A DNA stretch of 64,000 bases from Octopus sinensis (Eukaryota), in assembly GCF_006345805.1 (NCBI RefSeq), contig NC_043000.1:161262001-161326000 (forward strand). The letters run 5' to 3'. The position numbers and the translations under genes are program-made. The notes beneath the pieces are model-generated. The model made no database searches. It was not told the DNA's origin and saw nothing but the letters and a program-made list of their open reading frames with translations. Numbering within the stretch: position 1 is the first letter of the stretch; every line of letters starts with the position of its first letter. Shown in pieces: positions 24,911 through 39,361 of the stretch.

Positions 24911-26688
24911 TTAATGCTTCAAGTGAAATTGCAACGTTTTAAGAACTGCTTTAAAAAAATAGTTACTGACACCAAAAGTAAAGATATTTTCGACAACTTT
25001 TACTACTATACCCAGGAGTCAACATATTATCTACATGAAAATAAATATAAATTTCCTATATATCATTCCTATGAAATAATTACATCAGGTGAGAACCATT
25101 TTAGAGATTTAAGAATACACAAATACTTTTCGGTTTACTGCATTGGTGTATCTTGTTATATTTGGTGTGTCTGCGTTAAATTTACTTTTCCTATATTTCT
25201 AGAGGTATTTTCGTCTTACATTTTAACGCATATTTTGCAATTCAATATATATCTATATATACATGCACGCACACATACACAGACTCGTATAGTAAAAATA
25301 AGAGTTTTTATGAGCTTTTCAGGAGATACAATCGTTCTTCCAAGTTGTAAATACTTTAATTTTAACAGATTGCCCGAGATCAACTTATTTACCAAAGAGG
25401 TACTATACTGAAATTTTGCAGTACTTCCTACAATACCATAGATCGCTATGGGCGATGGCACCTTAAAATGCAGTTGTTGTAACTGGTGCACTTTGCAACG
25501 CTACAATACTGCAAGCAACGTCTAGTTTAAAGCTTCCTTTCATTTCACGAAGCAACTGTGACTTGTTCGCAAAAGAAAAGGCGCGCAGTTTTTGCACATG
25601 CTATCATGAGATAGTAAGTGTTTTTACATATTGTATACTCTTACGTCTGCAAGATATGACACAAATGGAGTGCGGTCTTGTCATTACTCCTCCACTGCTT
25701 CAGGTTCGATGACTCACGAACTCAATTTACAATTTTGAGATGTGATAAGCAATCTTTAACGTTGCAACTACTACAAGATCAGCAAAAGAGCCGAAACAGT
25801 AGTAATTGGTTCGTAATTACTTATGAGAGCGTAATTACTTTACTAGCTCTTAAAGTACTCAATAGCTAAAAGTTCACATTCAAATTTGCTATTTAAAGTC
25901 ATATTTTTTCGGGTAGATTTTCAGCATTATTTATCTGACGAAAGACTTTGATAGTAAATTAGAATTGTCTTGTCTTCAGAGAACACCGAAAGTAGTTTTT
26001 CGGTTATTGTTAAACCAGATTTGTATACGTGACCCCCACTAGTTTCCTCAGAGCTATACTTCTGTATCCAATATTTTAACATCGCACGAGTCACAATGTC
26101 AAGCAAAATTAAATTGAAATCCGTGGCAATATAAGCGAGAGTAGTACCTAATTATATTATTGACATAGCTTATAAGGATCTTTTAGTTTACGAAATGCAA
26201 TTTTAGCCGTGATAAAAGCAAACAGGGACAGCACATATTCTTAAAACACGTACATATTGCAAAAACGCATAAAACATCAAGAAAAAGAAAACGCTCAGAA
26301 ATGTCAAATATCTGGGCCATGGAGACAATAGATATCTGTATAATAAAAGAAATTCTAGAAGCTAAGAAAACTTGAGAGCAAAAATAAACTTGCAATGAGA
26401 AATGTAACTAATGCATTCAGTATTTTTTCTGAGCAGCACTGGAAAGCATAGGTCATATTTTTGAATACGAACGAAAATATTGTTTTTTTAATGAATTTTA
26501 TTTCGAAGTGACTTTTCACTTTAATATTTCAAGTTTTATGCTAATGAATTATAATTTTGACATATGAAGACAGCATAGTTTTGAGCATTTAGATTAAGAC
26601 ATTTTTAAGACACTTGATGTTCAAACAAACCTAATACGGTTACATAATTGAATCGTACTGGTTTCAGTCCCACATAAGATCTACTCAC

Positions 26689-26758
26689 TCAAACATTTTG
26701 TCAGAAACTTTGCAGTCCTTCCGTATATCAGAAACTATGTTGTCCATGTATGTGCCTT
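26689..26758 (-). CDS. Candidate 70-nt exon (GTYMDNIVSDIRKDCKVSDKMF)
   Basis: atttctaccattttaAG acceptor, GA|GTGAGT donor; only phase 1 is open; its phase-2 end joins 24381-24390 in frame. Confidence 0.55.
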
Positions 26759-27114
26759 CTTAAAATGGTAGAAATAAATTTCGAAGAGATATTGCCGCTA
26801 TTTCTAGTAGGATAAATGCCCATATAGATAGCCCCTCGTTGACTCGGATCATATTGTGTTGGTACATTTGTGTCATATAGCTTTTCTTTTGTTCTGCAAA
26901 ACTTGCAATTATTGCTCATGAGTATCGAGAATCAAGACTGCAAAGTATCTATTCACTCTCAATACGTTCTGATAGATTCAAACGTGAATATACTGATCCC
27001 TTTTGTATTTTGTTGCTGGAGAATCCCGCCTTCTTTTTAGTTGATATTCGTTCATAACGAATGCGATTCATTAATTTTAGAAGACTTAGGAAGACTGTAG
27101 TGTTCCGACCTCAC

Positions 27115-27141
27115 TGTGTGTCTCCACAGTGAAACAAGTCA
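27115..27141 (-). CDS. Weak candidate 27-nt exon (TCFTVETH)
   Basis: gttttgttttAG acceptor, GTGAGG donor, phase 1-1 compatible. Confidence 0.3.
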
Positions 27142-28582
27142 CTAAAACAAAACTCAAACTTAAATACTGAGTCATGTTTATAGAAAGCACCAAATAGATA
27201 ATTTCCTGGTGCGTGTTGGCGACTTCCAAGTTGATAATAATTAATGCAGTGCTTGTCGAACAGCAAGTATTAAAACAGTAACGTTTCTATTCAATCTCAG
27301 TACGTTCTGAGATTTTCGAACGTGAAATTGCTGATGGTTGTTGTTGCTCCGATGACGAAAACCAACAGCGAACAGCATATTCACGTTCGAATCAGCCTGA
27401 ACTATTCAGAATGAATGGATATATTATCACGATTATTGACTGTAATATTATAAATTATCATTTTGATTTCGCTATTATGCAAATATTTGTGTAATGTAAG
27501 GCTTTTCGAGATGTTATATGTCACAGTGATAAGTTCTGTCTTATATTATATTTTATGTGCCTATCAGTATGTGTTTTGTTTGCCTGAGTATGAATGCGTA
27601 TGTACATACGTTTCTATGTGTAAATGAGATATTGATTTAGGTGACGCTACTCTATGTCCTTACATTTGCTTATCAGCAAAATTGAGAATATTAGGTGATT
27701 GTGATTCATAAGGCGATTGTCATTTCATTTCGTGCCGTTATTTAGGTTGCTCTTGTGAAACAAACGTTATGGTTTAAGCATGCATATATGCGCAATGTGT
27801 GTTGACATATGTGGGAATAGAATGTTAATGCAATGTTAGGATATGATATTACATGTGCATAGGTGCCATGGGAACACATACACAGACACGCACTCACACA
27901 CACACACACACATACACATTCACACACCCACATACATACACAAACACTATGTAAGTGCATACTGGAAACAATTCCTGAAAAGACGTAACCTTCAAAGAAA
28001 GATGCATTTTTGAGTGTTCGTTACTCAATCGAGAATCTGTTTAGTATATTGAAAAGTAGTTTTCTCAGCCACTAATACGAGATATCATTTAGAGTCATGC
28101 AAAACACTTACAGACTGAATCGAAAGCTTTTGTAAAATCATTTTCATGAGAAAATTACTAACAGAGGCCATTAGCTTTTGTAGCCTCCAGGACAGGACAG
28201 ATGCAAGGAAATACAGTAAATCCGAAGAACTTCACCATACTTTCATTCTAGCCAGATTCCTTTTCAAGGGTTGGGAAACGAAATGCATTAGTTATAACGT
28301 AATGTCTTAGGCTGTTAATTATTGTACTCGTAGAATATTTGTTGAGGTTAAAAATCAGATGTAAAAACCGGTGGAGGAGAGAAGGATTGGTTGTTATGTC
28401 AAAACAATGAATTCCTATAAATTATGGAACTGTATACAAGTGAGTGATACAGCTATATAATTTCTGCACGTGCGCCATTATGTATATGATAGATAATTGT
28501 AATAATTGACTTCACATTCTATGGTCTTACGATGTGGTATTGTTAGTATATCAAACTGATAGCACTTTTGGTTTCTTACTAC

Positions 28583-28623
28583 CTTTGTAAATGATGCTTT
28601 TCAGAATACGGATGGGATATAGA
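28583..28623 (-). CDS. Weak candidate 41-nt exon (LYPIRILKSIIYK)
   Basis: tttgtttttAG acceptor, AAG|GTAGTA donor, phase 2-1. Confidence 0.3.
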
Positions 28624-29946
28624 CTAAAAACAAATTACCTTCTCACGTCTTGAATATTGAATACAAATGTTTAATTTTTTTCCCTTCTGCCTTTCTGGGA
28701 TTTTGAAAGCTTACACCAGAAGTGTGTCAGAACCACAAGCCTACATATATGTGATGAAGTCGGAGAATAAATGTTAACGATAAATGTGAAAATGGCATTT
28801 TGCTCAGCTATTGATTTGTAACTTTTACAACTTTCACATTCATGTTCTCAGTTCAATGCAACACAGAGCCATGATAACTGGCATTGTTTAGAGACATTGT
28901 TCTTTCTGACCACATATAGAGAGACAAAATATTCAGGAGCTCTGAAAACACGTCGAGTTTTGAATCAGGTTTATGGTTGATGATGGTGGTGTTTTTGGTG
29001 GAATTTTAATGGCCATTAGTAATACTTCAAATATTCATGGCAGTCGTAATTGTGATGATACTGTTGTTATTAATAGTTTTAATGGGAGAGGTTTTGATAG
29101 CGTTATGTGACGGTCTTTTTGTAGAAGTTATGGTTATCTCACGTAGAGGTGATATTGATTTCTAATAGTGCTGCTAATTATCGACCCACGAATTAATAAA
29201 TCTCAACGGGATTTGAACTCAAAATTTATATCTCACTCATTATCGCCAAATATTGTGTTCAAAATTGTACAAACATTTTCGACTGCAAAATAATAGCATT
29301 CTACGATAAGCAATTAATAATGGATGAAACGAGGGATCTATATAATCCATCCTACCATTTTAGAGATTTTTATTTTATTGAATTTCAAACGATAAAAAGC
29401 ATAATCGATTCCGACGGGATTATAAGAGAAACCTAAAGGGATGAAATCCAAAATCACATTTTCAAACTTTTTGTGCTTTAATATTTCTGCTATCCAGCGC
29501 GCGTTTGTCCTAATGATACTGATAATAGAATTTACGTCTGTTTTTAATTGTTTAGCATAGTTTAATAGAAACAAGCAACGAAGCGAGCAATGGAATGTTG
29601 TTTTCTAAATTTTAAGAGTAATTTATTAGTATTCATTCAATTACCAGCCATTAACCTTAATTTCTTATATTATGTCTCCTCTAAACCGCTACATATAAAA
29701 GCACAACAATAAACGTGTATAACGTTTTGCCCTTAGCTCCACGTTAATAAAAGGAAAAGAGGTCTAAACAAATTAGTGTTTCAGATTTATAAAAATTTAC
29801 TCATTTCCAATAACACAAACGGATATCACACAATGTAAATTAAGCAAATATCTCTCTTCCCATTCTCCCCTCTCTCTCTCTCTCTTTCATTCTGTGTATA
29901 TATATATGTATCTATCTATCTATATGTATGTATGTATGTATGTATG

Positions 29947-30045
<99 letters not shown>

Positions 30046-30071
30046 CATACATATATGATTACATACATACA

Positions 30072-30136
<65 letters not shown>

Positions 30137-30700
30137 AGAATTCACGAGAAAACAAGACGAAGGCAGGTGGTGTAGACAACAAAGAGATGTATTAGTTTAA
30201 CGCTCGGGAAGTGAAAAAGTCTTTTCCACAGAAATGAACACAGAAAGAAACAAGGAGAAAAAAGAAACAATGTGTAGTGACCAACGATCTATCATGGTGA
30301 ATGCCGGACATAGGAGTCAAACAGGAGTGCTAGGAAGAAAGGAAGATAATAAAGTAGTGGTGATCCCAAAATTAAGATGCGCATGCGTGTGTATAAGAGA
30401 GCATGTATGTGCGTGTGGAAGAGGCTGGTGGTCTTGTGTGCGTGTGTGTAAGAGATGGGGTAGGGTGAGATAGGATGGACAGGGAAGTGGGGTTGGATTG
30501 TGTAGGGGTGAGGATACGAGGGAAGGGTGACGATGAAGGGAGAGGGGAAAGGGAGTAGATGGGTAGGAGCGAAGAGAAGAAAGAAGGAGAGTAGGAGTGA
30601 AGAGAAGTAGGAGTCGGAACAAGAGAGGAGAGGTGGGTGGGAGGAGGTTAGTTAGAGAGGGAGAGAGGAGAGGGGTGGATGTTATATATATATAGATATA

Positions 30701-30928
30701 GGCGGCGAGCTGGCAGAAACGTTAGCGCGCCGAGCGAAATGCTTAGCAGCATTTCGTCTGCCGCTACGTTCTGAGTTCAAATTCTGCCGAGGACGACTTT
30801 GCCTTTCATCCTTTCGGGGTCGATAAATTAAGTACCAGTTACGCACTGGGGTCGATATCATCGACTTACTCCGTTTGTCTGTCCTTGTTTGTCCCCTCTG
30901 TGTTTAGCCCCTTGTGGGTAGCAAAGAA
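30701..30928 (+). mobile_element. tRNA-derived SINE family B, well preserved
   Basis: GGCGGCGAGCTGGCAGAAACGTTAGC head, GAGTTCAAATTC B-box-like motif; many related copies in the window. Confidence 0.85.
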
Positions 30929-31111
30929 ATATATATATAGATACACACCTAAAACACACGGGCTAAAAATAACTGCTCATGTGTATATAGATATAATTAT
31001 TTGTGTATGTGACTCCATAGGCAATTTAGCAATAAGACATAAGCATATAAATTTATCTGTGTCTGAGAATTAGAAAATATATATCTATTCACGTATATAT
31101 ATATGTATATA

Positions 31112-31184
<73 letters not shown>

Positions 31185-31206
31185 TATATATGTATGTATG
31201 TATATA

Positions 31207-32492
31207 TCAGGTCATCCCATACGTTCTGTCCGATACTACCTTTTTTCAAATTGAATAAAATTTAATAGTATTTTAGAATGTCTAATGGAATTAAAAATTA
31301 TTTCTATGCATTTGTGTACATTTAAACTAATTAGATATCATTTTACAGAATAATAGAATTCAAATTTCTTTGATTAAAATCCTTTCTAACATGGAAGTAT
31401 CCAAAGAGCATTTGAGGCACATAATGCTTTATGAGTACAAAAAGGGAAAGTCTGCAGACGAAGCGACTCGAAACATACACTCAGTTTATAAGAAAGAATG
31501 CTTGAATAAAAGAACATGGAGAAGACGTTTTGCAAAATTCACAAATGGAGATTTCAGCCTTAAACATAAAGATCGAACAGAACGTCCAGTTGAGCTTGAT
31601 GATAAGCTCCTTGAGGCATTACTTGAAGAAAATCCTGCATTATCAGTTGAAGAATTGGCAATAAAGCTTAGATAAAACCATACAACTGTTCATCGTCATC
31701 TTCAACAACTTGGAAAGATTCCAAGACTTGGAAAATGGGTGCATCATGAACTGTCCGAAATCAACCACAAATCCTGAGTTGACATCTGCTCTTCTCTCCA
31801 TTCTAGCAAATTCATTTCACTCATTTTGGATAGACGTGTGACTGGTGAAGAAAAATGAATCTTCTATGGAAATGTTAAACGTCGTAAACTGTGGCTTGGT
31901 AAAAGGAAAAAAGCTCAACCACAACGGAAAAGGGAACTTCATGAGAAAAAGGTTCTTCTCTCTGTCTAGTGGGATTGCAAAGGAGTAATTCACTTTGAAT
32001 TGTTACTACCTAATGCAACAGTCAAAGCTCAAGTTTATTATCAGCAATTAGAGCATTTGAAAGAAGTTTTGAAGAAAAAAGACCAGCCTTAGTGAATCGA
32101 AAAAGAGCGATGCTTCATCAGGACAATGCGCGACCCAACAATGCAAAGACCACATCACAGGAGATCTAAAAGCTTGGTGGCGAAAAGATTCCTCATCCAG
32201 CTTATTCTCCCGAACTTGAGCCTTCAGACTACCATTTGTTTCGTAGTTTACAGAATCATTTGGGGGACATAACTTTCGGCAGCCAGGAGGAGGTCGAAAC
32301 TGATATTTCAGAGTTTTTCGCTTTGAAACCAAAAGAGTTTTACATTGATGGGGTTACAAAGCTTGTAAATAGATGGAAGGAAATCATAGATAATCAGAAA
32401 AACTACACTGCTGATTAAATTTCAATTAAATATAACATTTGATTGTTGTTTTCTTTATTCAAAATTAGGATAGAACTCATAGGATGATCTGA
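31207..32492 (+). mobile_element. Full-length defective mariner transposon (different family from 18168-19444)
   Basis: TIRs TCAGGTCATCCCATA / TCAGATCATCCTATG, TA flanks, 1286 bp; transposase 31391-32418 with HQDNARP, AYSPELEPSDYHLF and several stops. Confidence 0.92.
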
Positions 32493-32495
32493 TAT

Positions 32496-32875
32496 AAACT
32501 TAGATAAACTTAGATATGTTTCGACCAAAGATTGGTCCAGGCCATGTCTAACTTAATAGCACCACCTGATAGGATTATCTAAATCATGTTTAAGTCAAGT
32601 TTTGTTTATGGTCCATTCAAGTAGCGAGTTTTTGTTGGGTGAGTTGTATCAAATTATGGGTGGCTTATCTGGTATTACTTGAAGGAATCTATCCAGACTC
32701 CGTTTAAAGTTGATGGGATCCTTTTCCTCTTTGATCTCTTTCGGGACAATGTTAAATAGGGCAGAGCCTGTTGAGGAAAAGAAATTATGTTGCAGTGTAC
32801 ATATATGGTGTGATCCTTTATTGGGCAGGGGACGTACGGCCCGTGGTCCCAGTCTTGGATGAACCTTGAAGCTAA
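32496..32875 (-). mobile_element. 3' end of a CR1-group LINE (same family as 49092-50530)
   Basis: Near-identical to the reverse complement of ~50155-50530, including the (ATCTAAGTTT)2 tail. Confidence 0.9.
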
Positions 32876-33329
32876 TGATATATATATATATATATATATA
32901 TATATCAATATGCACATATACACATACATACATACATGCATATATATATATATATATATATATTTATTACATATATGTTATGTATATATCTAAGCATATG
33001 TAACTGAAGATTGTGGCTGTATGTGTGCATCGCTATAACTCGAGAACTAACCAATCAATTTCATTCAGATTTTACACATGCCTTACCTATGAGCCATGCA
33101 GTGTCATGCGCCAAACAAATCTTCACCCTCTTGTCTAATACGAGCCCAGAGCTATCTCTTATATCTTACATTATTTCAGTATTATGTATCAAAATTGAAA
33201 CAGTAGCATCTCTGTTACAACGTACGATAATGCTTTCATTTTTAATAGGTTTCACTTTGCATATATATTTTACTTTCCTTTCTATTATTTTCACAGCGTA
33301 TTTATATATATTGTGTGTATATCTAGTTG

Positions 33330-33439
<110 letters not shown>

Positions 33440-33508
33440 ATATGTGTCTATATATATATTTAACTACATATATTTATGTATGTACATTTAAGTGTATATA
33501 TATATATC

Positions 33509-34051
33509 CATATGAGAGGAATGACCACTATGTGGACAACCCTTATGCTAGAAGTAGATCCGCTACGATCTTTCCATTAAGATATATTCTCAAGAAAAAT
33601 TTAGCAAACACCAAAACGTAAGCGAGCAAGACAAATGAAAAGTACCAAAAATATAGATTATTAACTTACATGTTTCACTATTAACAAATTACGTAATGTT
33701 ACTAACGCAATTTGTCCGCGCCAAAACGAGAACTTTTGAAAAATAACCGCAAGTGTAATAGGTAGAACTATATACAGATCTGACTTCATGCAGACATCCT
33801 CGTATATATTTCTGCAAATTATATTTGTATGGACGGTCACACGGACAAATCGCGTTAGTTAAATTATGTAATCTATTAATAGTGAAACATGTATGTGAAT
33901 AATCTATATTTTGGTTACCTTTCATTTGTCTTACTCCCTTACGCTCTAGTTTTTGGTATATTTTTTTTGAGAACATTTCTTAGTGGTAAGACCATAGCGG
34001 ATCTACTTCTAGCATAAGGGTTGTCCACATAGTGGTCATCCCTCTCATATG
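33509..34051. mobile_element. MITE-like element with ~100-bp terminal inverted repeats
   Basis: CATATGAGAGGAATGACCACTATGTGGACAACCCTTATGCTAGAAGTAGATCCGCTA inverted at both ends; non-coding interior. Confidence 0.75.
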
Positions 34052-34269
34052 TATATAATACAATTTACTGAATCCTTCAGATTTAATATGCTAGACCACT
34101 GGTGTTAATTTGCTGTTAATTAAGTTAATATCCAATTTCTCACCCTCACTTTAAATTTAAATTCAAATTAATACGTTTCTAACCGGCAAAAGCCACTGCA
34201 GTAAATTATTTTCTGCAATATTCTTTTCTGGTAATTTAGCGCGCCAAAACGAGGACTTTTGAAAAATAT

Positions 34270-34560
34270 ATATATATATATCTTAGAGTCTCGAACGACC
34301 AAAGCCTTGTGAGTGGATTTCGCACATGGAAACTGAACGAAAACAGTCCTATATATGTATATACTTGTGTATTTGTGAGTGTTTGTACACTCAACATTGC
34401 TTGACAAAAGATTTTTATGTTTACATTCTCATAACCTAGAGGTTCGGCAAAACACTGATATAATAAGTACTAAGCTTACAAAGAATAAATCTTGTGGTTG
34501 ATTAGTTCGACCAACGGTGCTGCTCCAGTATGGCCGCTGTCGCATGACTGAAAGCAGTAA
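34270..34560 (+). mobile_element. Partial CORE-like SINE
   Basis: GACCAAAGCCTTGTGAGTGGATTT..GGAAACTGAA matches the reverse complement of 1183-1585. Confidence 0.7.
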
Positions 34561-34693
34561 AATAATAACAAAAACTATGTCATTTTAATCCCGAGCAAGG
34601 CCAGGCATCTCTGCAATTTATACATAAACATACACACACTCACATATATACACATACCTACATACATATAAACATGCAGGCATACATACATAC

Positions 34694-34736
<43 letters not shown>

Positions 34737-35319
34737 AATGACACACGGATACACTTTTGCATGCGCACACACACGCACATATACGATGGGCTTTTTGCAG
34801 TTTCTTTCTACCAAATCTACTGACAAGGCTATGCCCGAACCGACGCCTCATTTACCACGCAATCGAATTGCATGTGCTTGGGAGTGAAACTTCTTACCAC
34901 ACCCACTTCTATATACTTTTACATGTATGTTTGTATATGCGTGTGTGCGTGAAGTCTTTTGGGTGTATGAAATACACGAATCCCTTCTCTGCTTGCAGGA
35001 TATTTCTTCAAGTGAGAATGCCAGCAACATTTCAATTCGCGCGAACAAAGGAGTGGTTCATCAGCCTCAAATGAATAAATAATTATTAAATATGTTGAGT
35101 TATTTTCTTCCGTTTATGCAGTGAATGAATGCACACATATTACCCAAAATTGTATAAATAAATACATACAAGTCAGTATGCATAGTTTATAATGTGTGTG
35201 TGTGTATGTGTGTATATTTGTGTGTATGTTTGTGTGTGTGTGTGTGTCTGTGTAAGTACAAGTGTTTGCATAAGTGTATGTGTCTGTGTAAGTATAAGTC
35301 TTTGCATAAGTGTCGCTGT

Positions 35320-35690
35320 CAACTTTCTTCTTCGGTAACATCTCTGGCAGACTCGCATGTGAGCAACAAGGCCTGCTCCATACACGCTTCTCAAGAGACC
35401 CAAAAGACTTTGTAGGAGACAGTATTCGCCTCTGAACTTCGAGGTCAGAAGAAGTAGTACAAGTAACTGTACTGTCGTAAGGGCATCGGTTTAATTCTTG
35501 GTATTCTCCGGGTGTAGAAATTTTGGCGCAAATTGCTAGTGGAGCGGCCATGCTTGCATCGTAAAACCAGAAAGAAAAATTCCGCGATCAGGTTCAAACT
35601 TTGATCACATAAACACAATAGTACCAAATGTAAGCACAAATGCGCAGAAGGCACTGAGACAATCATAAAAATATATTATGGCGAAAGTAC
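35320..35690 (+). mobile_element. RTE-clade LINE C-terminal fragment
   Basis: LACEQQ.. and WSGHACI..RKIPR resemble the RTE YACETW and LRWSGHV.RM..RIPK motifs. Confidence 0.45.
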
Positions 35691-35714
35691 GGATAAATTT
35701 TGTACCGTCTCCTC

Positions 35715-35749
<35 letters not shown>

Positions 35750-35844
35750 TATGTCTGTGTATGCATACGTATCTATATGTGTATTTGTGTCTATGTTTGT
35801 TCCCCCGCCATCGATTGATTGAAACAAGTTACAGAATATATATA

Positions 35845-35886
<42 letters not shown>

Positions 35887-36204
35887 TGTCTAATCATTTT
35901 AACTTCGACTTTTTTTGCGGGGAACCAGATCAAACGGTCCCAAGTGTAACTGCCCAAAACAGTAAGGACTTCTGGTATATATGACTGAGGAAAGAAGTCC
36001 ACAAATGACCCATCTTTTTTTTTCTGTCCTTCTAATTATTGTTTCTCCTGTCCGCCTTTGTATCATCTATCTGGCCGAATGTTTTATTGTCATCTCTTGC
36101 GTTTTTGTTCCATTATATATATATATATACACTATATACACTATACACACACACATGTTTGTCAATTTGTGTTGCAAGATGCCTGATGTGAAGCTGCATG
36201 TTGA

Positions 36205-36565
36205 AACAGATATTGTTGTATTTTGGGATGGTCATTTTGGAAGGGTTTTTTCTGCCAAATACACACACACTATATATATTCGTTCTTCACTCGTTTATTA
36301 CTGTTCTCATTCTAACTCGTGTCCATTGTCCGGAAATCTTTTGTGTCACATTTGTGACCTCTTCATGCACATTGTCCTTCCTCGTGTGTGCTCCTGCTCT
36401 GCTTATTCCATTCTAAGAAGTCACACATGTGTGACGAAAGATTTCCGGACAATGGACATGAGTTAGAATAAGAACGGTAATATATGAGAGAAGACTGAAT
36501 ATATATTGGGTAAAAAATTTGTCAAAATATAAAAAAATACCATCAGGAAAAATTGCAATACAGAA
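36205..36565. repeat. Diverged head-to-head inverted repeat with degenerate hammerhead motifs in both arms
   Basis: CCATTGTCCGGAAATC (36323-38) versus GATTTCCGGACAATGG (36440-55); spacer about 60 nt. Confidence 0.7.
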
Positions 36566-36736
36566 TATATATATACACACACACATACATGCACATCTAC
36601 ACAGACATATGCAGACGTACATACATACATACAGATATACATATATACACAAACTAGATTATGATAATCAATAGTGGCAGTCGTACATCTTTGCATACAA
36701 TTTAATATCATGTCTATCTATCTGTCTATCTCTCTA

Positions 36737-36787
<51 letters not shown>

Positions 36788-36789
<2 letters not shown>

Positions 36790-38205
36790 CTTAGAATAAC
36801 TTAGAAAGGTTCTGGCCAGTATTGGCCCAGGTCATGTCTAACTTAATAGCACCACCTGGCGAAGTCTTTCAATTCAGGATTTGGGCACCAAGGCCCATTC
36901 GATCAGAGAGTTATTGTTTGCGGAGACATATCCGGGTTTGGGTGGTTTGTCCGAGACTGTTTTGAAGGAATTTGTCCAAAGACTTCTTGAATTTTGTGTG
37001 GTCAGTTTTTTTTTTTGACGTGTCCTGGTGTAATGTTGAAGAGAGCGGGTCCAATTGAGGTGAAATAGTTGTGCCGTATTGTCGTTATGTGATGCGATTT
37101 AGATTTTGTTGTGGACCGATGGCACGTGGTCCAAGCCTTGGATGTATTTGAAGGTAATGCCAAATCATTCGGACAGTGCTGATGGAATATTTTCCACATC
37201 ATGCAGATAATGTAGCGTTCACGGCGTCGTTGGAGTGAATACAGTTTCAGCTTCTCTAGTCTACCCCAGTAGTCAAGGTCTGACATGTCATCTCTCTTTT
37301 GTGATTGACCTTTGGGGAGCTTCAATTCTCATAATATTTTGTTTTGAGTAGGGAGACCACAGTGGACAGCAGTATTCAAGGTGGGGTCGGGCAAAAGTGG
37401 AGAAGAGAAGTATAATAGTGTGGGATCTCTCGACTGGAAGGTTCTGAGAATCCAGGAACACATTCTGCGGGCCATGTCAACTTTGCTGCTTATATGTGTA
37501 GCCCAGCATGTTGTTGTCCACTGTACTCCCAAGTCTCTGATGTTGTTGGATGCCATGAGAATTTCTCAAGAAGGAAGAGAGTATGGGAGTTTTAGAGCGT
37601 CCTCCCTTCCAAAGTGGATCAGTTCGAATTTGTCTTCGTTTAGCAACATGTTATTCTTTTCCGCCCATTGGACAACAGCCAATAGGTCTGACTGAGGCTT
37701 CTTCGGTCATCCACGCCATTGATGACCTTATGGAGCTTAAAATCATCAGCGAAGGTTCTGATGTTACTGTGTTGATGGTGTCAGTAATATTATGTAGATG
37801 ATGAAGAGAAGTGGGCCACACAGTGCCTTGTGGGACACCACTGCTGACTTTGGCTGGGCTGGATTTGACTCATTCGACTACAACATGTTGGGTTCTGTTA
37901 GACAGGAAGCACTTGATCCACTGCAGCAGCTTTCCAGTGACACCAATATTGGACAGCTTTCTCAGAAGGATCTTATGATCAACCCTGTCAAAGGCCTTGC
38001 TGAAATCAAGGTAGATCACATCAGTGTTGGAACCCTCTCCCAAGGCTCTCAAAATGTCATCAAAATGATGCAGTAGCTGCGTCAGGCAATCTCTCCCATT
38101 ACGGAACCCATGCTGGTTGGAGTTCAGCATATTATGACTCTCAAGGAAGTGAGTCATACGCGATCTCAGCACTCTCTCAAATACCTTAATGATATGAGAG
38201 GTGAG
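36788..38205 (-). mobile_element. 5'-truncated CR1-group LINE, decayed
   Basis: SLTSHIIKVFER, QHGFR, YLDFSKAFDRVDH; (TTCTAAGTTA)2 tail at the left end. Confidence 0.9.
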
Positions 38206-38308
38206 TGAGATGTGTGTGTGTGTGTGTGTGTGCGTTTGCGTGTGCGTGTGTGTATCTCTATACTTACGTGCGTACACACACATACAAATACATACATATA
38301 TATATATA

Positions 38309-38680
38309 CTAGCAGTATCGCCCGGCGTTGCTCAGGTTTGTAAGGGAAATAACTATAAAGCATTTTTAGAGAGTTATAGCCAAAAAATAGCAAAAAAATA
38401 GAAAAAAAATGATGGTAAATTTTTTTTGAGAGTTAAAAAAGGTGGAGATGCGTCCCCTAGACGGTCTGTGGTTTGGGTTTCTGATTCTCGACCCCATGTC
38501 GAATTTATCGATTTTTTTCAGAACTGGGGGAACTTTTCAAAATTTTCGCTGCGTTAGTTTTGAATTATGACATTGGGCTATGTGTGTGTCAAGTTTCATC
38601 AGAATCGGTTGAAAGCCGTGGTCAGGGTGAGGGTACAACCTAACAGATACACAGAAACACACACAGACAAACTGCCGTTT
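38309..38680 (-). mobile_element. Non-autonomous Helitron-like element
   Basis: Minus strand ends CCTGAGCAACGCCGGG hairpin + CGATACTG + CTAG|T; the other end lies in (TA)n. Confidence 0.65.
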
Positions 38681-38683
38681 ATA

Positions 38684-38727
<44 letters not shown>

Positions 38728-39329
38728 TATATATATACATACATATGCCTATACATATATATATATACATCTATGCATATTTATTTAGACAGACATACAT
38801 ACATATTATGCCCACGTGTGTGTATGTCTGTGTGTGTGTGCATGTGTGCGTCTGTGTGTCTGTGTATGTGTGTGCGTGTGTGTTTGTGTGCTAGTCTTTG
38901 ACTGAGGAGGTGAGTACCCTATACATAACGTAGAGCTTATGATTTATTTAAAATTCAACGAATATTTTTGTCAATGGTCCTTTAGTTTACTTGTAGACTG
39001 GCTAACATTCTTATTTATTGGTTTTATATGTAATTTCTTACGTTGTGTAAATCAAAAGAAAGAAATTTTAGCTTCAAAATTATATACTACATGAACATAG
39101 CTAAATAATAATTAACGCAAAGATACTGTAAGTATTGTGTATCCTTCTAAAAAATATGTCAAAATAAAAAAAATACCATCCCGAAAAACTACAATACAGA
39201 ATATATATATACACACATACATGCACACCTACACAGACATATGCAGACCTACATACATACATACATACATACATACATACATACATACATACATACATAC
39301 ATACATAAATACATACATACATACATACA

Positions 39330-39361
<32 letters not shown>

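Noticed and set aside
35960-36000. CTGAGGA inside a GGACTTCT/AGAAGTCC hairpin
   Set aside because: No helix II or GAAA follows; similar chance CTGAGGA hits occur inside LINE ORFs (~8140, ~12350).
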